Assembly: GCF_011386835.1 (NCBI RefSeq)
Contig: NC_088801.1
Span: forward strand, 11,656,001 to 11,720,000
Length of the DNA: 64,000 nt
From: Chrysemys picta bellii
Taxonomy: Eukaryota
Direction: 5' to 3'
Shown in pieces: positions 50,310-63,536 of the stretch. Under the pieces are notes generated by a model. It saw only the letters and a program-made list of their open reading frames with translations. It was not told where the DNA came from and did no database searches. The translations under genes were made by a program, and so were the position numbers. Within the stretch, counting starts at the first letter, position 1. The number at the start of each line of letters is the position of its first letter.

Positions 50310-51430
50310 GAATGATTGGTTTATGGTTAAGCTAGTGGATTGGGAGTCAGAAGATAGAGCCAGACGTGTACCCAGAAGCCTCCTGCTGCAAGACAAGAGC
50401 AAGAAAGAAACCAACAGAACTCCACTGGCCATCACCTACAGTCCTCAGCTAAAACCTCTCCAACGCATCATCAGTGATCTACAACCCATCCTGGACAACG
50501 ATCCCTCGCTTTCACAGGCCTTGGGAGGCAGGCCAGTCCTCGCCCACAGACAAACCGCCAAGCTTAAGTATATTCTCACCAGCAATCACACACCGCACCA
50601 TAGTAACTAACTCAGGAACCAACCCATGCAACAAACCTCGATGCCAACTCTGCCCACATATTTACACCAGCGACACCATCACAGGACCTAACCAGATCAG
50701 CCACAACATCACCGGTTCATTCACCTGCACGTCCTCTAATGTAATATACGCCATCATGTGCCAGCAATGCCCCTCTGCTATGTAAATCAGCTAAACTGGA
50801 CAATCCCTACGTAAAAGGATAAATGGACACAAGTCAGATATTAGGAATGGCAATATACAAAAACCTGTAGGAGAACACTTCAACCTCCCTGGACACACAA
50901 TAGCAGATTTAAAGGTAGCAATCCTGCAGCAAAAAAACTTCAGGACCAGACTTCAAAGAGAAACTGCTGAACTTCAGTTCATTTGCAAATTTGACACCAT
51001 CAGCTCAGGATTAAACAAAGACTGTGAATAGCTAGCCAACTACAAAAGCAGTTTCTCCCCCTTGGTGTTCACACCTCAACTGCTAAAGGAGGGTCTCATC
51101 CTCCCTGATTGAACTAACCTCGTTATCTCTAGACTGATTCTTGCCTGCATATTTATACCTGCCTCTGGAAATTTCCACTACATGTGTCTGACAAAGTGGG
51201 TATTCACCCATGAAAACTTACGCTCCAATATGTCTGTTAGTCTATAAGGTGCCACAGGACTCTGTCGCTTTTTACAGATCCAGACTAACATGGCTACCCC
51301 TCTGATAGAAGATAGATCGGTTCCCAGCTCAGCCACACACTTCCTATATGACCTTTGGCAATACATTGAATCTTTCTGTACCTCAGTTCCTCATCTGTCA
51401 AATGGGGGTAATGAGAATACCCTTCTCCCT
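50310..51430 (+). mobile_element. tRNA-headed CORE/MIR-like SINE split by the Penelope insertion
   Basis: Head GGTTTATGGTTAAG...TGGGAGTCAGAAGA before the insertion and GGTTCCCAGCTC...CTGTACCTCAGTTCCTCATCTGTCAAATGGGG after it. Similar CORE-SINE relics at about 26100-26290, 52300-52520, 53440-53640 and 63770-64000. Confidence 0.7.
50359..51306 (+). mobile_element. 5'-truncated Penelope-like element (GIY-YIG endonuclease plus terminal repeat)
   Basis: RTPLAITYSPQLKPLQRII...CNKPRCQLC...CTSSNVIYAIMCQQCPSAM*IS*TGQSLRKRINGHKSDIR...PVGEHFNLPGH...RETAELQFICKFDTISSGLNKD, with 3 in-frame stops and a frameshift. Terminal repeat ...GTTAGTCTATAAGGTGCCACAGG...CAGACTAACATGGCTACCCCTCTGAT. Flanked by AGAAGATAGA on both sides. 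Confidence 0.9.
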
Positions 51431-54400
51431 CCCATCGTCTGTCCTATCTATTTAGGCTGCAAGATCACTGGAGCAGGGACTGCCTCTTACTATGTGTGCA
51501 TACAGTTCCTTGCAAAATGGGACCCAAATGCAACTGGGCACTTTAAATCTACCATAAAATAAATAAAAATCAAAGACATTCACCACAGTTCTTTGATCTC
51601 TACTTTTAAGATCTTTCTTCTTCTAGTTTGTTCTGTTTGAATGTACACACACTTCTTGAGCAATCTATATTTGCCTTCTTGTATAAACTGCTAAGATATT
51701 CTTTTGTGATTAAACAACAGAATTCTACAAAGACAAGAACCTGGTTTCACTAAATTGAACCCTTATATAGTAAGTCTCAACAAACGTTCAGTTTTCCCTG
51801 ATCTAAAGAAAGTTTGATCTCTGGATACATTCTAGAAATATAATTTAATTAGTGGAGCTTCTTGTCTGAGGAACAGGGAAATACTATGTAAATGAGTCAG
51901 AAATGAATGAAGTATTCAAATGCTATGATGATGGGAAGGTATAGAAGCTTAGACTGACAGATTATTCCATTGCTGTCATGCCTACAAAAACTTGATAACA
52001 GTTAGGCTGTTAGCATACAAAGACCACTGTCCATCAGGCTGACCAATATTGTGTCACTGTTTCTTTATACTCCCCAATCTGTCTGTAACCCCCGTTATCT
52101 CTTATCTTATTCTTAGATTGTAAATTCTCTGGGGCAGGAACCATCTTTTTATTCTTTGTTTGTATAGCATAATACAGTCCTGGTCCTGGTCCTGGACTAG
52201 GACTCCTAGGTGCTGGGGCAATACAAAAGAGAGAGAGAGAATGAATAGAGTTTACTTCGAAAGTTAATAAAACTCTAGCAAATGGAGGACAGCATGAGCT
52301 CACAGATAGGACATTGGCTGAACCAGGAATAAAACCCAGATCTGAATTCGTCCACTGACCTGTTGTGTGATCTTGAGCGAGTCACTATTCTTCCCTGTGG
52401 TTATTTCCCCTTCCACTCTTTGGCTGTCTTGTCTATTTAGATTGTAAAACAGGGAGGGACTCTAATTATGTGTTTATAACAGTGCATAGCACAATGGGGC
52501 CCTTAGCTCAGTTAAGGCCCCTAGATGTGAATTAATACAAATAATAAATAAGTGCACCAAATTATATGTTTGCCTGTGTGTTACCAACCCAGAAAGATTG
52601 CTGATGTCTTATGACTGAGGTTTTTGGTCAAATTTAAGACCCTGCTGCAAACCTAGGGGGAAATTTCCTTTTTAGTGGCAGGGATTAGCTTGGTCCAACC
52701 GTAACAGCACAGGACTGTGTGAAAGGAGTCCTGCGTCTGTTCCCCTCTTTATCATGGAGTAGCTACGCGACCTGTTTTAATTAGGCTTAATGTTTGTAAA
52801 CTACTCTGATGTTCAGATAAAAGGTATTATATGTATATTAAGTTTTAGCATATGACATGACCTTTAACTAGTATTCTAATAGTTCAGCTCCAATTATTCC
52901 TCAATCTGAATTGCCATGAAATAGAAAGTGTTATAAAAAGGCACACAGAATTTAAAAAAACCCTCAAATAAAAGCAAGGAAGCCAAAGGAAATACTGGCA
53001 GAAGCATACTAGTCCATCTTCACCTCACCTCCTTCGGTCTAGGTCTCACAAAAGTCTGCACAGGTGATAGAGTCACGCAAAGCTGGCATTAGTTGGAATT
53101 CGCACTAGATTAAGGTTTCCTCATTCCTCTTGGACATCAACGTATTTCCAAAAGACAAAGATTGTTTTGTCCGGTCTGGCTGCAGGTTCATAGCAGTGCA
53201 CTGACTTACAGAGAATGAAGACTGTCTTCCCCACTGCAAAGACTAGAAACCGATGGATTTTTAAAATGAACCATTTCTAGGCACGCGCTCTCTCACGCAG
53301 ATGGTGAATTTTCCTATTTTCACTTTAAAAAAAGAAAAACATAAAAACCTACATCTTAATAATTCCCCTCAGAACAAATCCATATCACCCCCTCAGTGTC
53401 CTCACCACAGTACATCTCCAGATCTAGGAAGAATGGCCCAGTAGTTAGCGTACTAGCCTGAGACTTGGGAGCCATAGGTTCAATTTCTTGTTCTGCAACA
53501 GACTTCCTCTCTGAACTTGGGTAAGTCACTTAGCATCCCCGGGGCCTCAGTTCCCCTATCTGTAAAATAGGTATAATATTTCCCTACAAGTGTTGGGAGG
53601 ATAAAGACAATGAGGTGCTCAGGTATTACAGTAAGGAGGGACATAAGTACTACAGTCAGACACTCCTCCATCAAGACTCTCCACTGGCTTCATGTCTCTT
53701 TTCACGGCAGTACATTCATACCCAGTCTAGGGTCAAAGTACCAGAATAAGTGATCCTTTGCATCTGCTGGAAATAGAGCTGATAGGTTCACATTATTCGG
53801 AGCTCCTAAATTATCCATTTGATAACCTTCACAAGCCAAGCAGTGTATAAAGTCTTACTAATTTTCACGTTTTAATCAAACTGCACTCTTAAATCAAACT
53901 GTCATAAAGTAAATAGAAGCAGGCATCTCCTGTAGTATCCATTGGGGTACAGGAAATCTAGGTATACAGCATAGCAGGCCTCCATATGCAATAGCTGCTC
54001 CAGTGAAATACAGCTGTAGACTCATTTCTCTCACCATAGATTACGTAACTCAAAATGGTTGAGTTTCAGGTGTCTGGCACATCTGTAGTATTTTTCTTCT
54101 CTTAAATAAACAACAGGTTTTCATTTCTCTTCCCTCTCTGAAATGGTCCTATGCTTCGTTTTTTGCAACACTATAAACACTGCTTTCACAATGCAAATTC
54201 CAAGCAGCATAGCTCTTCTCCACAAGCCTCTCCATGGAAATAGAGGGCAACTGAGCTTTCACTGTTTTCCATCCCAAGATTCCTCTTAGTCTATGTGGGG
54301 AGCAGGGCCTTCTCCATTCAGGTGCCCCATTTATGAAACACACCTTGAGGAGGGTGTCTATGACAGTTTCTCTCTGGCTCAGAGTAAGGGCCTTTCTAGT

Positions 54401-54685
54401 CAGGTCCTTGTACTGCTGCTGATTGCCCAACTGCTTTGATGCTGGTCCCTCCAGCTACGGGCCCAGTTTGGTTTGTCTTTGTTTCATCACATACAGCCTC
54501 TCACATATACTACTGTGAGAGAAGAGCTTTAAACTAGTTAAAAGGGAGGCAAAGAAAAGGGTTTCCCCCCCCCATCTCCTCCGCCATCCCCTCGTCTCCT
54601 TCAGCAACAATGGTCTGCATCTTACATTGCATGACACTCCCAAATAATAAGGAGGAAGGTAGATTATGTATAGCAGATTGTAACT

Positions 54686-54788
54686 CATCCAGCAAAGCCA
54701 ACAATTATATTGAGTCACAGAGGATTTCTGCAACACATCCAGCAAAGCCAACAATTATATTGAGTCACAGAGGATTTCTGCAACACAT
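54686..54788. repeat. Perfect 50-bp tandem duplication
   Basis: CATCCAGCAAAGCCAACAATTATATTGAGTCACAGAGGATTTCTGCAACA x2, plus CAT. Confidence 0.97.
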
Positions 54789-55276
54789 GTTACATCAGTG
54801 TTTTTACTTTATGGCTTCAACACCTTAACACAGGAATCTGTTCATAGAGAGAAACAGGAAGTACTGAAGCTGAGCTAGTGAACTTTAGCCAGTGGGTCTA
54901 GCAGCCTCACTCAGAACACTCACAGCAGCAGAACCATCCACCCCAATTATCTAGAAAGCTGTTGCCTCTCACAGAATGAGCATAATGGTGGACAGGCAAC
55001 CTGTCTTCCTTTGTTGAAGGGCTGAGTTCTGTATTATTCACATATTTAATGTATGCATATTACATACTAAGGTGTCCAGATGTCCCAAGTCAAAAAGTAA
55101 GATGCTTGGTTTCTCACCGCAGGTTTTCAAAATTCGTGCTACATCCATGCTCAACCAAAGCCAAATAACATGTCAAGAGCAGAAACTGTCAGTTTTGGAG
55201 GGTCTCTGGTGCCAAAGTGAGCAGGGGCTGAACAAAATGATAATGAGTAATGATGTCTTGTGATCATAAACATTCT

Positions 55277-55286
55277 CCATATATGG
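55277..55286. promoter_or_regulatory. Consensus CArG box (possible SRF site)
   Basis: CCATATATGG. Other CC(A/T)6GG matches at 6718, 12024, 23508, 34749 and 58080. Motif match only; function not shown. Confidence 0.3.
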
Positions 55287-56660
55287 CATTCTGCAGAGAT
55301 TCACAATGCTGCACATTACTGCCTTTGTAATGGCTACTTTATTTTCCTAACTGGGAAAAGCAGAATGGTATTATCAAGAAGTGCGATAATTTGGTCTAAT
55401 TTAAGAAAGGTAAAATCTCTTATAACTCTACTTTACAGCAAGCCAAGCTTACTGAAAGACAGATGCATATACTTCTACTGGATATGCTATCTTGTACAGG
55501 ACTGAAAATCCATGAGTTTACCCCCCCGCAACACACACCAAACTCGCCTCACATCACTGTCACTGCACCTGCTCCGAGGGCCCCTCTCAGGTCCAGGAAG
55601 CCCCCTCGCCTGCCCTGTGGTGTGTGCACCTCCCTCCCCTGCTGCTGCCCCACACTGTAGCTTCACTGGGGGTGGGGAATGGGGCCGCCCCTTACCTAGC
55701 ATGGAGCAGGAGCGGTGACTGCAGGCGCTGTGGGCCCAGTGCTGGTGGAGGGTCCCGCCGGAAAAGGGAAGGGTCTGAGGTGGAAGGGCAGGGTCAAGGC
55801 AGCCTGCCCTGCCACTAGTGGATGGGGGGCACTAGGAACCTGCAGTGTCAGTTGATGCTGGGAACCAGCAGAGCAGAGGCAGCGGAGCTTCAGGGCCACT
55901 CTGGGGCTCAGGGATGGCAGGCGGGCCGGGAAAGAGACCTGGCCCCAAACATTGGTGGAGCCGAGCCTCCGGGCCCTGAATATTGCTCGAGCCCAGGCAC
56001 CACGGGCCCATACAATTCTCCACCCCTGCTAAGGGGCAAACCCAAAGCTACATGACGAGTTTTTCTCATGGAATCCATCACAACAAAGACATACACACTA
56101 GAACAGAGCTTGGAGGGAGGCCGTGCTGGAAAGGATGATATTTTTCAAATTAAATACAGGATTGAAGACTTTAATAAGACCTGGTCAGTATTTTAGAGAT
56201 TTGTGATCAGTCATTTTGGGACAAGTAAAACAATCATTAACTGAGCACTGGTGTCATGACTTCTATATCTACCAATTTTTGCACTTCTTCGTTATTCCTT
56301 TTGCTCATATATCTGAGTTAGATTTACTTTTTACAGCAGCTAAGACAGACGCAAGGTGGTGGAAGGGGTAGAACACACAAGCAGAGTGAACAATTTGATG
56401 GTAGCAAATGTCATGTTAGTTCCATGTTGGGTTTTGTTGTTTGTGGGTTTAATTAGGAGGGGATCATCTAAATGGAAAGAAAAGTGAAGGGAGAGGGGAC
56501 AATGAAGGGAAGGAGGGGCGGGGAGGGAGACAGGGTAGGAGAGAAGAAGTTCGGAGAGGCTCTTGCTTGCCTTGCTCACTTGGCAGCCTCTGCTCAATCA
56601 CTCTGGAACCAATGCTGCTTCCAGAAATGCTGATTCAGCACAAAGGCACAGTTGGGACTG

Positions 56661-57551
56661 CCAGGGCCGGCCCTAGCCCAAATGGCACCCCAGGCGAGGA
56701 GCATCTTTGGCGCCCCTCCTCCCTCCCTTTGTTAAACTTCTGAATATCTTACTTTTATTGCATTTGCAGCCCATTTCACAACTTTGATGCATGATTTGCA
56801 TGCATGATAAATTTTCACCCTAGGAGCTGTAAATCTGTATTTATTCATGCCATATATAAGCAAATAAAAATTGTTTCCTCTAAGCCTATAGAAACTTTTT
56901 AATTTTAATAACCGAAATGTACTAACATCAAGAAATAGAACTGTGCACCAACACTGGGTGTTCTAGTATTCAATAGTCTTACAGTAAGTGACAGCCCTTA
57001 GAATGTTAACCCTATTTCTTTAGTTTGAAAGGTCGCTTTTCTCGCCTTTGCCCTTACAAACCGAAGCACAGCGTCAGAGAGATTCAAACACTGGCCAATA
57101 GCATTTTCAAGTGATAAAATGGCAAGCAATGGGGTCATATTGGTGTCTTGCTTGTGGTTCTAGTCCAACGCTGTTGGAGCACTGCAGCTGTGTGCTGAGC
57201 ACCCACCAGCAACCCCATCAGCTCCCCTCTTCCACTCACCAGCGTCTCCCATCCGCTGGCAGTCACCGCCAATCAGCGCTTCCCCTCCCTCCCCAGGTCT
57301 CCTGCCCACCGCAATCAGCTGTTTTGTGGTGTGCAGAAGGCTGCGGGCAGAAGGGGAGAGGAGCGAGGGCGCGGTACGCTGGGAGGAGGGGGCAGAACAG
57401 GGCAGGATGAGGCGAGGTGGGGGCAGGGGCTTGGGCCAGGAAGAGGCGGGGCAGGGACGGGGCCTTGGGGGAAGGAGTGGAGTAGGAGCAGGACCTGGGA
57501 CAGAGTCTGGGGTTGAGCACACCCCAGCACATTAGAAAGTCAACACCTGTG
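56661..57551. mobile_element. Composite of GC-rich non-autonomous DNA-transposon (hAT-like) fragments
   Basis: CAGGGCCGGC start, G-rich GGGGCAG/GGGGC units, end resembling AAAGTC(G/A)(G/A)CACCT(A/G)TG. A similar GC-rich block occurs at about 55520-56045. Boundaries approximate. Confidence 0.5.
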
Positions 57552-57554
57552 TAT

Positions 57555-57919
57555 TGTTGCATAGATAGGGGTTTGATAGATATCTCTGGCATCTCATAAA
57601 TGTCGTCTTTTATTAGTCGCTACTTACACTCTTCAAGTCTTAAAACACAGTACACTTTCACAATTACACAATAAAACAAGGTTTACAATATTGCAGCCTG
57701 GGCTCTCATTTCACTTCACATTATTCTTATATCTCACTGACTGACTGGCAACGCTCCACCCCTTATATACCTGTGAGGGCATGGCTGACAACAACAGAGG
57801 TTAAAGGAAAACTTAGTTCTCAGAAAGTCTGGAAGGTTCCACAAAGGTCCAGAACATTCTAGAAGGTTAGTGAAAAATGAATCCACATACAGAATACCTG
57901 AAATATTTTACTTCAAACA
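57555..57919 (-). mobile_element. Probable Gypsy-type solo LTR, sense to MYLK
   Basis: On the minus strand: TG start, TTCTAGAA/GGAACCTTCCAGA repeats, TATATAA (57769-57763), AATAAA (57614-57609), CA end. No TSD recognised. Confidence 0.55.
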
Positions 57920-60345
57920 TTCTCTTTTCTCTTTTGTCACCAAGAACAAAGACAGCATCCCAAGGCCATTGTCCCACAAGCCCGACAACCCAGGGGGTTG
58001 CCTGGGTCACCTGCCTCTAAATCCCGCCCTAGGGACTGCAGCAGAGGTTGGATAGAGAGAGGTCCTAAAAAACATATTACCAATATAGGTTGGATTTTAC
58101 ATTAATCTGGCAACTGGCCTGGATTAAAATAAACCACCAAACCCTATCTGGGCAATGCTTTATCCAAGGGGAAAAAAATCCTTCCTGACCCCCAATGCAA
58201 TTACTTCATGCTTTGTAGCACATTTGGCTATACCTCCCAGGCAGAGCTATGGTACAATATTATTGAGGATCATAAAAATTAATGATCGTTGATATTACTT
58301 TTAAAAAATACATAGATATAGCCAAAGCATTGCTCAGTTAACTGTCCACAGCAGTGAAATGCAAAGTTTAATATTACCCTGAATTTAGGGAGGTTTCTTT
58401 TTTCTTGGTTGTAAACTGACAGTTCTTCAATTTCATTGAGAAATTAATTGCTTCATTTCATATTATGACACCCACTGAAATTTCTTTCAGTAAAGAAGGA
58501 GAAATATTCATCAGAAATTTTTGGTGTACTCCATCTGTTATTCAAATTGAGCAAAATTATGAGTGGGCAGGAAGCTTTGTAAATCATAGAGTTATCAACA
58601 GAGTTTGTATGTTGTGGGTTACCCTGGTTTAAAAAAAAAAAAAAAACCCCTGCAGTTCTCTACCCTAATGGTCCAAAACCCTGCCGCTTAAAATAGGGAG
58701 GGAAGGAACAAGAGAATGTGGTTTAGTGGTTAGAATCTAGTCAACATTCATGGGTTCTATTCTTGGCTCTGCCATTACGTTGGTGTATGAGCTTTGTCAA
58801 GTAACGTAACCTCTCTGTGCCTTAGAATATGTCTTCACTGTTGAGTTAACTAAGGTTATCAGGACCCGGGGTTTACCTAGTTGGGGCGTGAGCAGCCACT
58901 CAACAAAGCCCTGCTCAAGTTACTGTGTCTCACAGGTGCTGCACTCCCGCATCTGTGTTACTAGGACTTCTGGGGGCCATATCCCATGGTTCTTTGTGAT
59001 GCACTAAAGTTGAGCTGCTCTGTGGTTCTTTCCCAGTGAATTGTGGGAGAACTTGTCTGTCCTTCAAGCTCTCAGTGGGAATTGTGAGAAGGCATTAGTG
59101 GACTATGGGCCCTTGAGTGACTTTGCCTATGTCCTCACTGCAGAGAGGTTGGGTTACCAGCCCAAGTGAAAGCAGCACCTGAGACTTAGCCTATACCCCA
59201 GGACAGGCCAGCTAGGCAGGTAGAAAACACCATTAAACTCAGGTGAAGACATACATACTCTTCCAATTACTGCAATTCCATTTCTCAGAGGATTTGGATA
59301 TTTCAAAATTGGTTTTGTTCCAATTATTCATAATGAAAAAAAATTAAAATTCTCCTAAGGAAAAAAAAACAACAAAAAACTGGGGCGGTCTGCCTCGTAA
59401 ATCTGTAGAGCCCAGGAAAATCCTGTGTTTCCCAGCAGCCCCTCACGTGGGCTGCCAAGGAGGAAGTCAGGTGAGTTGGCAGGCATTCAGGCCTGGGTTC
59501 CAACAGGTTCTCTCTGAAATGGTTCAATTTTGACAAATTGCCAAATTCTGAAGAAAAATGAGCAGCTCTAATAGTGATACACACTTAGTGATCTCCTGGG
59601 ACTGTAGCATGAGTTAATACATTAATATTTCTCTACAGATGAATTCTGTTAGGGATATATTACACTACAGTGTTCTGAACCATTACAATGGAATATCTCA
59701 GTTTGGTTTTTTTACCCCACTATAAAGGAATGTTCTCAATTAGGAATAGGACAAAAGATAATTTACTTTTGGGTGATGTGTCAACATTGCTAGCCTACTA
59801 AAATGTTTAGCTCTCAGTTTTATAATGAAAATAGTCTGCACAGCTGCATAAAGTGAAATATAGGGTCATTTGCTTCATGTCAAGTAGTGGAAGGGGTTGC
59901 TATGTTCTGAAAGAAACTGCTATGGGTTCCTATTTGGACCCTGAATTTACCAGATTTTAATCAGCAACACCTAGATACCACCGATTGGCAGTTTATAGAT
60001 TCTTATTTCAATTTTAAGAACAGAAGGGACTTTTACGGTAACCTTATCAAATCTCCTGCGTAACACAGCCCGCAGGAATCCACCTAGTAATTTCTACAGT
60101 GAAGAGAATAATTCGGCACTGCTATGCAAGTGAACACTATCAAACCCAATAACACTTAACTGAACTATACCATATATTTTAGAAAGAATTGTGATCTTGA
60201 TTTAACAACGTGAAGTGGTAATGGATTTTCTACTTCCCTTGGTAAACTGTTCCAATGATTAACAGAATAAATATGCTTATCGATAAAATCAGATCCTTGC
60301 AACATTTTGACCTAGGACTTTTTAAAAATAAGTAGGCCAAAACTC

Positions 60346-60399
60346 TGTGTGTGTGTGTGTGTGTGTGCGCGTGTGCGTGTGCGCGCGCGCGTGTGTGTG
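60346..60399. repeat. Compound (TG)n/(CG)n alternating purine-pyrimidine tract
   Basis: 54 nt strictly alternating, with a GCGCGCGCGCG core. Confidence 0.95.
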
Positions 60400-63300
60400 A
60401 GCCCGGAGAAAAGTTCAATAGAAAAGTACTATTCATATGCTACCTAATGCATGCATTTCCCATGTGGAAAACTGATGAATATTCAGATACATGTGAATTT
60501 TCCACAGTTGTCACAAAAATTCAAAGGGAAAATACCCAAACAAACAAACCCAGCTTTCTTTTAAGGACAACAACATCTGTTCCTTTCTAACTTCTTGTTT
60601 CCTAGACTTATGAGCTACTTTCTTCTTTCAACTTTTGGACTTTCATTTTGTGTAACTTACTTTACATACTGTCACACCTGAAAACATGTGAAAAAGCAAA
60701 ACAATGGGTTTGATTTTGGGGATTTCTCATAAATTCTCTTAATGAGTATATAAGATAATCACAATATGAAACTGATATCCTGTCTTGGAGTCTCAAAATG
60801 TTTGTTCTTTTCTGATCAGATAAATTCCATTGCAGAAGAACTCTTTAAAGAAAATCTCCTGTCTAGCCATTTTTAATTTTTTTTTAAATGTATGTCTAGT
60901 TTAATATTTATATTGTGTCATGAAGCACAGTATCAGTAATGATTCATCATAACATCTATAGTCTATTTTTCCTAGGGTAGAAAAACTGAAGTATGTTCAG
61001 CAGTTTGACTGTCTAGTAGCAAATACTGTCCTTCTGAGCCCCTGGAATGTCAGAGTAACAGAAAGAGCAACATTGCACTAACCAACTAAAGATGTATACA
61101 TATGGTATGAAGTATGCAGATTGCTATCTCAAAGACTATGGCTATTAAGCGGCAGTCTAACAGCACTGCACACAGCTGCAGTACTCCAACAGCATTGGAC
61201 TGGAACCACAAGCAAGACACCAATATGACCCCATTGGTTTATAAACAATAATACAATTGAATCAAATGTAAAGGTCACTGACCAGATTAGGTTATAAACA
61301 ATGGATCGGGCAGACAGGAACATGTTGACTTAAAGCAATGATTTAATTGACTAAAAATTAAATGGAGCCCAGCTTCTTTGCACAAGTTAATAAAGAGAAC
61401 ATGTGCTCTATTATTTCCCACTCTGGACTATTATATAGAGATCAAAAAAAGTTCGTATCTCAACTTCTGGTGTCCCACTGCTTCCTGCAGCTCCCATTGG
61501 CCAGGAACGGCGAACCAACGGTCTCTGGGAGCCACAGGGGGCCATGCCTACAGACGGTCAACATCAGCAAAATGACTTGCAGCCCGCAATCAGATTACCC
61601 TGATGGGCCACATGCGGCCTGCGGGCCACAGGTTGCCCACCACTGTCCCTCATTAAGGATGTGAGTCCTATTGTTATTGATTGGAATGTTTTATTCAAGA
61701 TATAAGAAAAGGAATCTTTAGATTTGATCCTGTTGGCATTTAATCCTGAAATGCAGTGGTGCATTCTGGGTAGTGATGTGGTCCTTTTGGTCTAAAATAC
61801 AGATATACCAGCTTTTTTATTTAAAAAATTAGGACCGCAGCCTGCAAATAAAAACAGTCACTGATCTCTAATGTATGTATCTCAGCAGTCAAACAGAATG
61901 ATCTGTAACCATCAAGGCTTGCAGGGGAAAATTGACACAAATTGCCAATTGCCAAATGAATATTTAAAATACAAAAGGAAATACAATTTGCCAAATATTG
62001 TGCTCCAACTCTGATGTCAGTGTATTGTTAGTTTCTATTACAGTCCAGCATAAAAGACCCAGTCAGGATTGGGACCCCATCATGCTTGGTGCTGTGCAAA
62101 CTCAGAGTAAAGAAACAGTCCTGGCTCCACAGAGTTTGCATCTGAAACAAGATGCCAAAACAATAGGAAGTAAAAGGGGTGGGAGTACAAAGGAAGCAAT
62201 AAGAAGAACAAGCCTTTGCATAAGTCAGCTCCTCATAGGCCAGGGGGGTCAAACGGGTTTTTATTAGTTTTGAATTAAGGTATAAACTAGGGCTGACTGA
62301 AAAATTTCCACGTAAACTGTTTTTGGATGGAAAATAAGTTTTTGATTAAACAAAAATCCAAAAACTAATTTCTGGTTTTCAGTTTTGCAGCAAAAAGTCA
62401 ACGTTTTCCAAAAACAATTTGTTTTTGTCAAAAAGTTTTCTTCAGGAAAAAAATCTTTTCCCAACCAGCTCTCATTTAAACAACAAATAAGATAAATATC
62501 AGGCAGCCCCTACTGGTCCCCTACTTAAAGTTAAATTTTTAATAGCAATGAATATCTAAAACCTTCCAACTACTGTTTTTGTTGTTTCTGTCCTGCTTCT
62601 CCGCTATACTCTGCTCCTTGCGCTAACGTCCACTTCAAAGATTAGGATTCTAGTTAATTTCAGCTGACAGCACGCAACCAAAGGAGGACAAAACCAGGCA
62701 GGGTAGAAGAGGGGATTGAAAAGGGTGACAGCTTCAGAAGTGAGATTTGGAGTGATGGAAAAGAAAAGGAGGTAACTGGGATATGAGAGTGAGAGGAGAG
62801 AGAGAGAGAGAGATTATTTGTGACGGAGTAAGAAGATAATACAGATTCAAGTACAGACAATACAGAAAGTCCCAAGGAAAATGGTTTTTTTGTACAAATC
62901 TTGGAGGCTTTCCCCCCCCCTTTTAGCTCTCCAGATCTCTGTTCTTTTGGGATAAACAAATTATATATTAATTGTGCTTTATTTGAAAATATTGCTTTGC
63001 TTTCATATTAATACATAGTTATGGCAGGTGGCAATGTTACACGTAGGTTTTCAAGTTCTTTTTCTTAGAGAATATGAGCAGCTTTTGACTCTTGGGAAGA
63101 CTTGCTGTGTTAGTTTTGAGTTAAAAGTAGGGTTTTGTGCAGAAGTAGTTTTGGGAGAGAAGGAACTGTGCCAGCAATGGGAGAGCATGTTTTCTGCCTT
63201 GGGCTCTAATTAGAGACAATTATGGAGGCAGAGATGACAATTACGGAGGCAGGAGTCTTAGCCCATGCTGGGCTAAGACTCCTGGAAAATGGGACTGCCC

Positions 63301-63536
63301 AAAGTTTACACTTAGTACATAGTAAGATCGCAACAATGTTTTATCCTCCACTGACATGGTAAGGTCTCTGATACCAGCTATCACTTGGCAAGCGGTGACT
63401 TCATGTCAGAATGAGGGTCAACAAGATATTTAACCAGATTCTTATGTTTTTCAACCCAACAGAAACCTTCAGTGAAATGACAGGTGAGAGCAGTGAAATG
63501 AAAAGCCCCTCTACTGCCCTACTATGTATTTCTTAC

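Noticed and set aside
54686-54788. Direct repeats (and the 46-nt ERV leader repeat) as a possible CRISPR-like array
   Set aside because: Two abutting copies with no spacers, in a vertebrate intron.
6718-58089. Six perfect CArG boxes as evidence of SRF-site enrichment
   Set aside because: At about 43% GC (assumed, not computed), roughly 4-5 matches are expected by chance in 64 kb, so six is not enrichment. One lies in a probable LTR.
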